Of a stretch of DNA of 64,000 nucleotides, positions 50,308 through 59,481 are shown in pieces. The notes beneath the pieces are model-generated. The model saw only the letters and a list, made by a program, of their open reading frames with translations, did no database searches and was not told where the DNA came from. Source of the DNA: an uncultured Roseburia sp. (lineage in GTDB: Bacteria; Bacillota; Clostridia; Lachnospirales; Lachnospiraceae); the NCBI GenBank assembly GCA_946002055.1, contig CAMFYL010000004.1, forward strand, positions 5,415 to 69,414, read 5' to 3'. The translations under genes were made by a program, and so were the position numbers. Each line of letters opens with the position of its first letter. The stretch's first letter is position 1.

Positions 50308-51792
50308 TTATTCTTCTGCATCTTGCTCCGGACTGGATACATCCACAAGGTCGTTGGTAATATCATTCAAATCCTGATATCCCTCAACAACAGACCCTAT
50401 ATTACCGTGCAAATCATGAATGCTTGATGAAATCTCTTCCATTGCAGCAGAGGTTGCCTCTACAGCATCATTGATGTTGTTAACATTTTCTAATGTCTTG
50501 CCCATAAGTTCATTCAATTCCTTGGCATGCATCTCGATTCTTGTGGCACGCTCCAATACCTGGGATGTATTCTCTGAAATGGTCTGGAAGGAACCATTCA
50601 CCTCTCTGGCATTCTCTGTACAAGCCACAACAGACTTTTGACCTTCCAAAATTTCTCCCTGCACCTGGTTGGTCTGATTCTCGATGCCCTGTAAGATTTC
50701 ATGAATCTCTTCTGTAAACTTTGCAGAATCATCAGACAACTGACGAATCTCTGTGGCTACTACCGCAAATCCCTTGCCATGTTCTCCTGCTCTGGCAGCC
50801 TCAATGGATGCATTCAGCGAAAGCAGGTTTGTCTGAGATGTAATCTGGTCCAAGGTAGCAAGAATCTCAACGATGCGGGCATTCTCCTCCGAAAGGCCGG
50901 CAATAGATTTTGCCACAACCTCCATACGTGCATTTAACTGTTCCATATGACCGGACAAATCCTGTACCATCTTACCACCCTCTAGCACCTGAGTGTTGGT
51001 CTCATTGGATGCATCTGCCATCTGGGTACTTCTCTTGGCAATATGCTGGATCTGTTCTACTCCGGACTGTACCATGGTCTTAATCTCTTCAATATCATTA
51101 ACCTCGTCTGCGGCCTTCTTTGCAATATCTTCTGTTGCATCTGCAATCTGGTCTGAAATCTCACCTGTTATAGTAATGCTCTGGTTGATCTTACCACTGG
51201 TCTGATCCAACACGCCTACCGACTTGCTGATATGTCCCAAGAGATTCTCTGCTTTCTTGCGCTCACTCTCGCTGGCTTTGTGGCTCTTCTGAAGATCCTC
51301 AAACTGTGCCTTGGTCAACCGGCAAAGAGCAATAAACACCAGCATACCGCTGATGATGTAAACAACACACATAGCCATAGCATCCGGAGACCAGGTCTCT
51401 ACTAATTTGTCTTGGTACATATAATAGAAGATAACCATACACGCAGAGCTTATGACAGCCTGCATGACAATTGGTCGAATATCTTCATAAATAACCACGA
51501 AAAAGATGGTCAGAAAAAACATCAAATAATTGGTAGTACAGGGAAATGCAAACATCAGCGCAATGCTAATCAAAGACATAAGCACTACCGTTGCGTACAT
51601 CATGGGCACCGGCTTCACCTTGTTAGCTGCCAACAACAGCAGCATTGTAAAAATGAATCCCCCAATTCCCATAGGAATTATCTGAGCAATTCCAACAAAG
51701 AAAGCATTAACCACACATCTTAATACGATACTAATCAACAATACAACCGCCAAAATACGATTCTTGTTGCGAATCACCTCTTCATACGTCAT
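50308..51792 (-). CDS. Methyl-accepting chemotaxis protein with multi-TM sensor
   Basis: About 5-6 N-terminal TM helices; QTNLLSLNASIEAARAGEHGKGFAVVA. Confidence 0.93.
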   Translation of the reverse strand: MTYEEVIRNKNRILAVVLLISIVLRCVVNAFFVGIAQIIPMGIGGFIFTMLLLLAANKVKPVPMMYATVVLMSLISIALMFAFPCTTNYLMFFLTIFFVVIYEDIRPIVMQAVISSACMVIFYYMYQDKLVETWSPDAMAMCVVYIISGMLVFIALCRLTKAQFEDLQKSHKASESERKKAENLLGHISKSVGVLDQTSGKINQSITITGEISDQIADATEDIAKKAADEVNDIEEIKTMVQSGVEQIQHIAKRSTQMADASNETNTQVLEGGKMVQDLSGHMEQLNARMEVVAKSIAGLSEENARIVEILATLDQITSQTNLLSLNASIEAARAGEHGKGFAVVATEIRQLSDDSAKFTEEIHEILQGIENQTNQVQGEILEGQKSVVACTENAREVNGSFQTISENTSQVLERATRIEMHAKELNELMGKTLENVNNINDAVEATSAAMEEISSSIHDLHGNIGSVVEGYQDLNDITNDLVDVSSPEQDAEE

Positions 51793-51834
51793 GATATATT
51801 CCCCCGTCCCATTTATCCTTTGTTCTATCGCGTT

Positions 51835-52665
51835 CTACTTCATCCAGCTGCGGATCATTGCAATCTCTCTCGCATAACCCTCGTCGTCGTTAGGTGTCTC
51901 TAAGATGAAAGGCTTCCCCTGTAACAGTGGATGCGTCACCACACCCTTAAGCCCCTCTTCACCAATATGACCCTGACCTATCTTCTCGTGTCGATCCTTA
52001 TGACTATCCATCGGATTCATACTATCGTTAATATGAATCGCTTTCAGATAGGAAAGACCAATCACCTCATCAAACTCAGCCAGCACTTCATCCAGATGTT
52101 CTACAATGTCATAGCCACCGTCCCATACGTGGCAAGTGTCCAAACATACCCCCATCTTATCCTTAAGCTCAACTCCATCTAAAATTCTGCGAATCTCGTA
52201 AAAATCTCTTCCAACCTCACTGCCCTTGCCGGCCATAGTCTCAAGCAGGACAGTTGTTGTCATCTCCGGAGTCAGTAAGTCATTCAGCACCTCTGTAATA
52301 ACAGCGATACCTTCCTCTGCCCCTTGTCCCACATGGGATCCGGGATGAAAATTGTAATAGTTCCCCGGTATATATTCCATACGCTGCAAATCGTCTGCAA
52401 ACATATCCTTAGCAAACTTTCGGATATCCGGTTTGTCAGAGCAAAGATTCATGGTATATGGGGCATGTGCCACAAGTGGCCCAAAATCATGTTCTTTTGC
52501 ATAATCCAAAAAAGCCGCCACGTCGGCTTCCTCTATATCCTTTGCCTTACCTCCACGAGGATTACGTGTAAAGAAGGCAAAGGTGTCGCCCCCCAACTTG
52601 GTAGCAGCCTTGCCCATAGCAAGGAACCCCTTAGATGAGGACAAGTGATTACCAATATATATCAT
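51835..52665 (-). CDS. nfo: Endonuclease IV
   Basis: HAPY, HPGS, LETMAG, DTCH, HINDS, DRH, LETP. Confidence 0.95.
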   Translation of the reverse strand: MIYIGNHLSSSKGFLAMGKAATKLGGDTFAFFTRNPRGGKAKDIEEADVAAFLDYAKEHDFGPLVAHAPYTMNLCSDKPDIRKFAKDMFADDLQRMEYIPGNYYNFHPGSHVGQGAEEGIAVITEVLNDLLTPEMTTTVLLETMAGKGSEVGRDFYEIRRILDGVELKDKMGVCLDTCHVWDGGYDIVEHLDEVLAEFDEVIGLSYLKAIHINDSMNPMDSHKDRHEKIGQGHIGEEGLKGVVTHPLLQGKPFILETPNDDEGYAREIAMIRSWMK

Positions 52666-52807
52666 CCTATATCTCCTCATAGATACACTTTCCTAATGTA
52701 TTTTTTATTATACAATAAGAATCTATTTTAGGAAAGAGTTGTGTGCAAAATTTAATTCGTGCTATTATTGACAAAACTGAGAAGAAATATGGAAAGGGAT
52801 AAACTTT

Positions 52808-54172
52808 ATGGCAAAGGACGTTACACAAAAACTCACATCAGGAAAGCCTATGTCACTGATTATAGGTTTTTCATTACCACTGTTAGTCGGTATGCTCTTT
52901 CAGCAGTTCTACAGCTTAGTGGACACCATTATTGTTGGTAAATGTCTTGGGGTAGAGGCTCTGGCCGCCGTTGGATCCACCGGTGCGATCAACTTCCTCA
53001 TCATTGGCTTTTGTATGGGCGTCTGCAGTGGTTTTGCCATTCCGGTGGCACAGCGTTTTGGTGCCGAAGACTATGACGGCCTACGCAAATATGTTGCCAA
53101 CAGCCTCTGGTTATCCTGCATTCTATCTATCGTTATGACTATCGTAGTGGGGGTATTCTGTCGCCAGATTCTAGAGCTGATGCAAACACCTGCCAACATT
53201 ATTGACCAGGCATATGCCTACATATTTATCATATTTCTGGGAATTCCGGTTACCTATCTCTACAACATGACCTCCGGCATTATGCGTTCTCTTGGAGACA
53301 GTAAGACTCCCGTCTACTTTCTCCTCTTAGCCTCAGGCCTAAACATTATCCTGGATTTGCTTTTTATGGCTCGCCTTGGTATGGGTGTAGAGGGCGCCGG
53401 CTACGCCACCGTAATTTCCCAATTTGTATCCGGTATCTGCTGTCTATTATTTATGAAGAAACGCTTCACCATCTTACATATGAGTCGGGAAGACCTAAAG
53501 TGGAGCAATCACTATGCATCCACCTTATGCCGTATGGGAATCCCAATGGGACTTCAGTACTCTATTACTGCCATCGGTTCTGTCATCCTTCAGACCTCCG
53601 TGAACCGATTGGGTTCCGATGCGGTAGCATCCATTACAGCAGCCAATCGAATCAACGTATTTATGGCTTGTCCATTTGATGCCCTTGGTTCCACCATGGC
53701 GACCTTCGGCGGACAAAACGTAGGTGCTATGAAAATGCAGCGTGTCAAAGACGGACTCAAATCAGCAACCTTCTTAGGTTTCTGCTACTCTGTCCTTGCC
53801 GTTATCATCCTATTCTTCTTCAGCAACTACTTACTGCTTCTGTTCTTATCGCCAACAGAAGTAGCCATTATCGGAAATGCCCGAACCTTCCTATTGACCC
53901 AGGCCTTCTTCTACTTCCCGCTGGCAATTGTAAACATCTTCCGTTTTATGATACAGGGAATGGGATTTTCATCCTTTGCGGTAATTGCCGGAGTTATGGA
54001 AATGATTGCTCGAACCTTCATCGCCTTAACCCTTGTTCCATCCATTGGCTTTCAAGGCGCCTGCTTCGCCAGCCCGTTTGCCTGGATTCTTGCCGACCTA
54101 TTCCTCATTCCGGCCTTCTTCTACGTACACAACAAACTCCGGAAGAAGTTCACCAGCCAGTGTAGGTTGTAG
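52808..54172 (+). CDS. MATE-family efflux transporter
   Basis: QQFYSLVDTIIVG, RSLGDSKTP, QNVGA. Confidence 0.93.
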   Translation: MAKDVTQKLTSGKPMSLIIGFSLPLLVGMLFQQFYSLVDTIIVGKCLGVEALAAVGSTGAINFLIIGFCMGVCSGFAIPVAQRFGAEDYDGLRKYVANSLWLSCILSIVMTIVVGVFCRQILELMQTPANIIDQAYAYIFIIFLGIPVTYLYNMTSGIMRSLGDSKTPVYFLLLASGLNIILDLLFMARLGMGVEGAGYATVISQFVSGICCLLFMKKRFTILHMSREDLKWSNHYASTLCRMGIPMGLQYSITAIGSVILQTSVNRLGSDAVASITAANRINVFMACPFDALGSTMATFGGQNVGAMKMQRVKDGLKSATFLGFCYSVLAVIILFFFSNYLLLLFLSPTEVAIIGNARTFLLTQAFFYFPLAIVNIFRFMIQGMGFSSFAVIAGVMEMIARTFIALTLVPSIGFQGACFASPFAWILADLFLIPAFFYVHNKLRKKFTSQCRL

Positions 54173-54737
54173 ATTTATAAGCTATCATGCATTCCCACTG
54201 TGGGAATCAGAAAGACCCTGCATCAGAGGGCCCCTACCGGCCACGGTCCGTAAGGCAATCCACAGAATGCAGCATTTCTAAGCAGGACATTTTTATTGTG
54301 TCTATTACAACTGTCTTCTTAAGGTTCGACAGCGTGTGCTTAGACTGTTCGCCTGTGGCGGATGTGAATGATTGAATTCGTGTCTGCCTTTGGGCGTGGC
54401 TTTTTCGAAAGCTCACGCCGCGCAGGTCGCTGTCCGAGCTACTTTTGTAATAGATTATTGTTGACATATAAGCGAGTTTCGACAAGCGGCGTGAAATAGG
54501 CTTCGAAAAAGCACGCCTCTTAGGCAGACTAGAAGGAAAATCTTTGAACATCCGCCACAGGCGGTACAGTCCTGCGCAGCTGTCGAAGCCGTAATAAGAC
54601 AGTCGCACAACAATAAAAATGCCCTGCAACAATTGCTATGCATTCTGGGATCATGCCTTACGGACCGTGGCCGGTAGGGGCCCTCTGATGCAGGGTCTTT
54701 CTTTTTGTTGACAGAAATGCATGATAGCATATAAATC
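54172..54737. repeat. ~566-bp imperfect palindrome, non-coding
   Basis: The two arms align from the termini to about the centre near 54455; perfect 49-bp IR at 54209-54257 / 54654-54702; terminal IR GATTTATA(A/T)GCTATCATGCATT. Confidence 0.92.
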
Positions 54738-54771
54738 AAAAAAGGAGTTCCCGCTGCGGGAACTCCTTCTT
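54738..54771. terminator. Bidirectional terminator
   Basis: AAAAAAGGAGTTCCCGC-T-GCGGGAACTCCTTCTT. Confidence 0.85.
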
Positions 54772-54786
54772 GCGTTTGTGTGTACG

Positions 54787-55404
54787 TTAGGCCGTAACGC
54801 CGTGGGAGGCATAGTAGTCGTCAAATAGTTTGTTGGCGGCTGCCATAGTGTCCTGGCTAATAGATGGAAGGGATTTGCCCCAGGCTGCTGTAGCCTGTTG
54901 AAAGCCCTTTTCCATTGCGGCCTGCATTTTTTTCATTTTTTCCACGTCATCCCCGGCAAGGGCGCTGGCAAAATCAAAGAGACGCTGCGAAGTCTGTTTG
55001 ACGCCCCAGTAGCCATCCTCGGAAATATCCTGCTGTGCCTGAGCTTTCGTGGCTGCGTCAACGGTAAAGTCTCCACTGGCAAGAAACTTCCAGATGGAAT
55101 CATCTCCAGTTGCCATACTAAAGGACTTTGCCTGCCCCCGGATCATATCATGGACCATGGAAATAAAGCTGCTTTGGCGGTCTTGCTGTTCTCGCTTAAG
55201 CTGCTCTACTAATGCAGCGCGGTCTTCTTTGCTCATTTTGTTGATGGAGTAGGTTGCCTTCTTCTCTGTGGTTGATTTCTCATAGACAGCATCCTTCTCC
55301 ACTGTAGTCTTTTCTGACTCTTTTGTCTTACTCTTTTCCATTGGTTTTGCATAGTTGTTATATGCAGCACCAACAGTTGCTTCTGTCACTGGATTCATAC
55401 TCAT
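54787..55404 (-). CDS. Conserved hypothetical protein (DUF5610-like)
   Basis: ISEDGYWGVKQTSQRLFDFA..LAGDD...KGF..A..WG..LP; RBS GGAGGAG. Confidence 0.65.
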   Translation of the reverse strand: MSMNPVTEATVGAAYNNYAKPMEKSKTKESEKTTVEKDAVYEKSTTEKKATYSINKMSKEDRAALVEQLKREQQDRQSSFISMVHDMIRGQAKSFSMATGDDSIWKFLASGDFTVDAATKAQAQQDISEDGYWGVKQTSQRLFDFASALAGDDVEKMKKMQAAMEKGFQQATAAWGKSLPSISQDTMAAANKLFDDYYASHGVTA

Positions 55405-55467
55405 AATTCTCTCCTCCTTGAACATCTCAATTGCCAAAGTCCTTTTCGGCATTTTCTCTTATCAGTT

Positions 55468-55494
55468 ATATCGGCTAATTTTGTTCTTTGTTAA
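55468..55494 (-). promoter_or_regulatory. Sigma-28 (SigD/FliA) promoter
   Basis: TTAA-N15-GCCGATAT. Confidence 0.7.
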
Positions 55495-56809
55495 CCTTTT
55501 TTAATCCTGTTGCAAGCATAATTGCTTTTATAATGTTGTTTGCAATCATCATCACCCAAACAGCTGTAATGCCAAGTCCTAGGAATTGAATGCAAATATA
55601 AGAGCCAACAATGCGCACACCCCACATGCTGACAAGTTCTACCACAAGTGGATAGCGGGTTTTTCCCATTCCGTTATAGATACCTTCCATAACGGCCGAT
55701 GTTCCAAAAATCGGCTCTGTAAAAGCTACCATACGAAGGAGTTTTGCACCAATAGCAATCACCTGTTCATCCTGGGTGAAAATGCCCATCATAAATTCTG
55801 CACCGATAAAAAGAAGCAAACCGGATATGCACATCAAAAGGAAAATAATGCCAACGGAAGCCAGTTTTACGTCTCGTTCTTTCCTACGGTTGCCTTCGCC
55901 GATAGCATTGCCAATCATAGTGGAGGTAGCTGCCATCATACCGTATCCCGGAATGTAGAAAATCTCTTCTGCAGTGATAGCGATAGCATGAGCCGCGTAA
56001 ATGGTGGTACTCATGGATGAGACAAAGCTGGTAAAAACCACATGTCCCAAGCAAGATGCAACTCGTGTCAAAACAATGGGAAGACCGATGGTCATAATGG
56101 CCATAAACACGGCTTTGTTGAGACAATAATGAAAGCGTATCTCACGATTCTCTCTATCCCAAAGGACCGGTTTTCGAAGAAATACCACAGTCATCATAAC
56201 GCCGCCGATGGTAACAGAAACAGCGGTGGCCATACCTGCCCCTACCGCTCCGTAGCTAAGCACATAAATAAACAGATAGTTTAGGCCAATGTTTAAAAAG
56301 CTCACAAACACATTGACAAACATCGGGGTTTTGGTATCTCCCGTTGCTCGTATGGCTGCGCCAAAGATAATGGTTGCAGCACGAAATACCATAGGAAGGT
56401 TCACATATATGAAATATCTGGTGGCATCTTGATGCAGACTTGGTTCAGCTCCCATCCAAACTGGCATATGTGGTGCCATCCAAAGAGTGATACCCATAAC
56501 CACAAAGCCAACAGCAACAGCAACTATGGTGGTCCATCTTGCGGCTTCCTGTACTTTCCTGTGATCACTTTCCCCTATACCTCGGGCGATATATGACAGA
56601 AAGCCAATTCCCAGACCACTGATGACACTGTTAATCAGCCAACTGTAAGTGGAGCTAAGGGATACCGTAGCTGTTGCAGCTGGTCCCAATCGTCCCACCA
56701 TTGCGGTATCTACGTATTGTAATAGGGTTTGAAACAACCCCTCTAAAATTGCTGGCCATGCAAGAGTCAATAAGGCCCTTGCGACTTTATTTTCCTGTTT
56801 CATTATCAT
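55475..56809 (-). CDS. MATE-family efflux transporter
   Basis: LAWPA...VDTAMVG, RATGDTKTP; ATGA overlap with the upstream regulator. Confidence 0.9.
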   Translation of the reverse strand: MIMKQENKVARALLTLAWPAILEGLFQTLLQYVDTAMVGRLGPAATATVSLSSTYSWLINSVISGLGIGFLSYIARGIGESDHRKVQEAARWTTIVAVAVGFVVMGITLWMAPHMPVWMGAEPSLHQDATRYFIYVNLPMVFRAATIIFGAAIRATGDTKTPMFVNVFVSFLNIGLNYLFIYVLSYGAVGAGMATAVSVTIGGVMMTVVFLRKPVLWDRENREIRFHYCLNKAVFMAIMTIGLPIVLTRVASCLGHVVFTSFVSSMSTTIYAAHAIAITAEEIFYIPGYGMMAATSTMIGNAIGEGNRRKERDVKLASVGIIFLLMCISGLLLFIGAEFMMGIFTQDEQVIAIGAKLLRMVAFTEPIFGTSAVMEGIYNGMGKTRYPLVVELVSMWGVRIVGSYICIQFLGLGITAVWVMMIANNIIKAIMLATGLKKVNKEQN

Positions 56810-57654
56810 TTCCACTGCTCCAACAATCCAATGGTTGGTTCTGCCCAAGAGTACTCTTCCATATAAATTCCATAGTAGGAGTTCACGGCAGCAACATCTC
56901 CCTGTAAAAAGGCATATAAATCGCATCGAACCTTTTCCGGGCGAAGGGCCAGGTAATTATATCGCTTGTCTACCGCATCCTCCACACCGGCTTCACGCAA
57001 TGTTTTCATCAAGGAGCTGATGACCTTTTGCACATACCCATTTTTTCTCTTATCTCCCGGGGTATCTTCCCAGAGATACATTTCGATTTCACTGTTGGTA
57101 AGGCCAGCACCTCGCTTATCTACCAAAAGAGCTAACAGTTCCTTACTTTTGCTTCTGTCAAACTTTAATTCCTGACGATTCACAAAGGCTGCAAATTTAC
57201 CAAAGGTTACTAGGGATAGGCCATCATCTGTTTGGGCATCAGATGTGGCTGATACCGGATTCCATCCCCTCTTTTTCTGCTCTTTGGCTGGCGTTACCGT
57301 ATCAATCACGTTTCGGATTGCCTCAGCATCCACTGGCTTTAACAGATAGCCACTGGCACGGACAGAAAACGCTTCGCTGGCATAATCATTATAAGCGGTA
57401 ACAAAAATAACGGTGGTATCCGGGGATACCTCCTTGATATCCCTGGCTAATTCAATTCCCGTAGAACCGCGAAGCTGGATATCCAAAAACGCATATGCAG
57501 GCTCTTGCCCTTTTTCTACCAGTTCCGTTACGCAATTCATACAATCCTTTACTTTTCCAAAGCTGTGAATTTCGTCATCCACAAACACCTGCTGCAACGA
57601 CATGGCCAGTGCCTGTCTAGCCAGTTTCTCATCATCAACTGCAATAATATGCAT
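56806..57654 (-). CDS. Response regulator (REC plus winged-helix/SARP-like output)
   Basis: VDDE, FLDIQL, FVTAY, YLLKP; TFGKF...KSKELLALLV...LWED...CDLY. Confidence 0.85.
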   Translation of the reverse strand: MHIIAVDDEKLARQALAMSLQQVFVDDEIHSFGKVKDCMNCVTELVEKGQEPAYAFLDIQLRGSTGIELARDIKEVSPDTTVIFVTAYNDYASEAFSVRASGYLLKPVDAEAIRNVIDTVTPAKEQKKRGWNPVSATSDAQTDDGLSLVTFGKFAAFVNRQELKFDRSKSKELLALLVDKRGAGLTNSEIEMYLWEDTPGDKRKNGYVQKVISSLMKTLREAGVEDAVDKRYNYLALRPEKVRCDLYAFLQGDVAAVNSYYGIYMEEYSWAEPTIGLLEQWK

Positions 57655-57659
57655 ACTTC

Positions 57660-59480
57660 CTAATCCTCCTGCGGCAATATAATGGTAATCTTGGTACCAA
57701 CGCCACATTTACTCTCAATGACAAATTCTCCCCCCGCCATTTTCTGTATGCGGTCTTTTACATTCTGAAGTCCGATATGCGTTCTCTGCTTATCCTTTGC
57801 CTTCTCCTCAAGCACACTCATTTCAAAGCCCACACCGTCATCCTCTACCGTCACATAGACATTGTCACCCTGGCGGTAGGTAGAAATCAAAACCGTTCCG
57901 CCATCCTCTCTTGCACCCACACCATGTTTGATGGCATTTTCCACCAAGGGTTGTAAGGTCAGTGTTGGAATATCAAAGGACATTTCTTCAATATTGTATT
58001 CCACCTCCAAATATTCCCCCTGACGCATCAGCTCCAGTTCTACATAATGTCTCGTGTGTTCCAATTCTTTTACAAAAGGAATCAGTTCCTTACTTGCCAA
58101 AGAATCCATGTTTCCCCGGAGATATTTTGCGAAATCACCCAAAGATTTCCTAGCCTTCTCCGGGTCTTGTATGCACAGCGTCTGAATGGCAGTGATGGAA
58201 TTATACAGAAAATGCGGCCGAATCTGACTCAGCATAATGGATACTTGGGACTGCACCAATTCCTTTTCCAATTGTGCTGCCATTTGAGAACGTTGTACAC
58301 GCTCTTTTGACTGCTGAAAAATTACAACATATTGTAATACACAGTATACCACCAAACCTATCTGGAACGGGTAAAATAAAAAGTAGTAATATATTACAAA
58401 ATGTATAATTTCTATTAGGATGCAAATGGTTAATATGGCACTTGATGTAATCATATATTTCATTTGCTGTTCCCGATACTTTCTGTAATCCAATATTAAA
58501 AGCACCAGCTCCGTCAGCAAAAAAACACCATTTAGCGATGCCATCACCGTAAGCCATACTGCTTCCGGCAGAGGTATCTGTAAACCAAAATGTCCCATCA
58601 AATAGACAAAGATCATCACCCACCAAGCCGCTACCATTTTTCGGCTTATCAGAAAGCTTTTCTTTGTGTGCATATGAAACATCATGTTCAAAATCAGGCA
58701 AAAACAGGCTCCCAACTGCACTGTGATATCCAAAAGAAACAGCGCACGCTCATTGGAGATAACCAAACCAATATACTCATAATCAATGAGACTGCACATA
58801 GATCCCGTCATCATCAACAGGCCGCAAGACACGGTACCTCGTACATTTCTTGTACCCATTAGAATCATGGTCATAGCTGTCAAAAGTTCAGCAACACCCA
58901 TAATAAAAATCAAAATGCAAAAAATCAGTTTGGTGGTATTTCTGCCTGCCTGGTGGGATAAGAGTTCATATTTATCCCCGCAATATACTCTCTGAAGTGT
59001 CCGCTCAATGGAATAGGCCGATCCAACCCCCGTCATCCCCTCAATAGAAATGGTGATTTTATCCTCAGGACCAATCCCATGGGAAACAAATGATACCCAT
59101 GTTTGGCTCCATGTGCTGGTGGAATCTATAACACAGTCTCTATTGACATATACCTGCACCCGCTCCCGATGGACTTGAAAGAAAATCTCCTCACCCAACG
59201 GTATTTCTTCCTTCACATGGCCCACAATACAAATCTTATCTGCGCCATCACATGTAACTTCGCTTAATTCATCAAAGTCATATTGAATGGCATAGTCCCC
59301 CCGTGTATACACTCCCTCCATAGGTAGGATCGGCATATCCTTTGCCACATTAGAATGATACCATGCCGTATATCCAAAAATCATCAAGGCAAGTACAAAA
59401 AGAAAGCCCAGGGCCAAATAGACCGGACTTCTTTTTGCAATCATATCATCTAATTCTTCCCACTCCTCTATATGTCTCAT
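57660..59480 (-). CDS. LytS/YesM-type sensor histidine kinase with extracellular domain and about 7 TM helices
   Basis: SQIRPHFLYNS, QPLVENAIKHG, DDGVG, IGLQNV. Confidence 0.9.
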   Translation of the reverse strand: MRHIEEWEELDDMIAKRSPVYLALGFLFVLALMIFGYTAWYHSNVAKDMPILPMEGVYTRGDYAIQYDFDELSEVTCDGADKICIVGHVKEEIPLGEEIFFQVHRERVQVYVNRDCVIDSTSTWSQTWVSFVSHGIGPEDKITISIEGMTGVGSAYSIERTLQRVYCGDKYELLSHQAGRNTTKLIFCILIFIMGVAELLTAMTMILMGTRNVRGTVSCGLLMMTGSMCSLIDYEYIGLVISNERALFLLDITVQLGACFCLILNMMFHMHTKKSFLISRKMVAAWWVMIFVYLMGHFGLQIPLPEAVWLTVMASLNGVFLLTELVLLILDYRKYREQQMKYMITSSAILTICILIEIIHFVIYYYFLFYPFQIGLVVYCVLQYVVIFQQSKERVQRSQMAAQLEKELVQSQVSIMLSQIRPHFLYNSITAIQTLCIQDPEKARKSLGDFAKYLRGNMDSLASKELIPFVKELEHTRHYVELELMRQGEYLEVEYNIEEMSFDIPTLTLQPLVENAIKHGVGAREDGGTVLISTYRQGDNVYVTVEDDGVGFEMSVLEEKAKDKQRTHIGLQNVKDRIQKMAGGEFVIESKCGVGTKITIILPQED

Positions 59481-59481
59481 G

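Noticed and set aside
54172-54737. Palindrome as an assembly fold-back artefact or a CRISPR array
   Set aside because: The arms differ by many substitutions and indels, unlike a chimeric read; there are no direct repeats with spacers and no cas genes
54187-54739. ORFs inside the giant palindrome (62, 94 and 132 aa; two share KDPASEGPYRPRSVR)
   Set aside because: The shared peptide is only the inverted repeat read on both strands; no RBS and no protein-like composition
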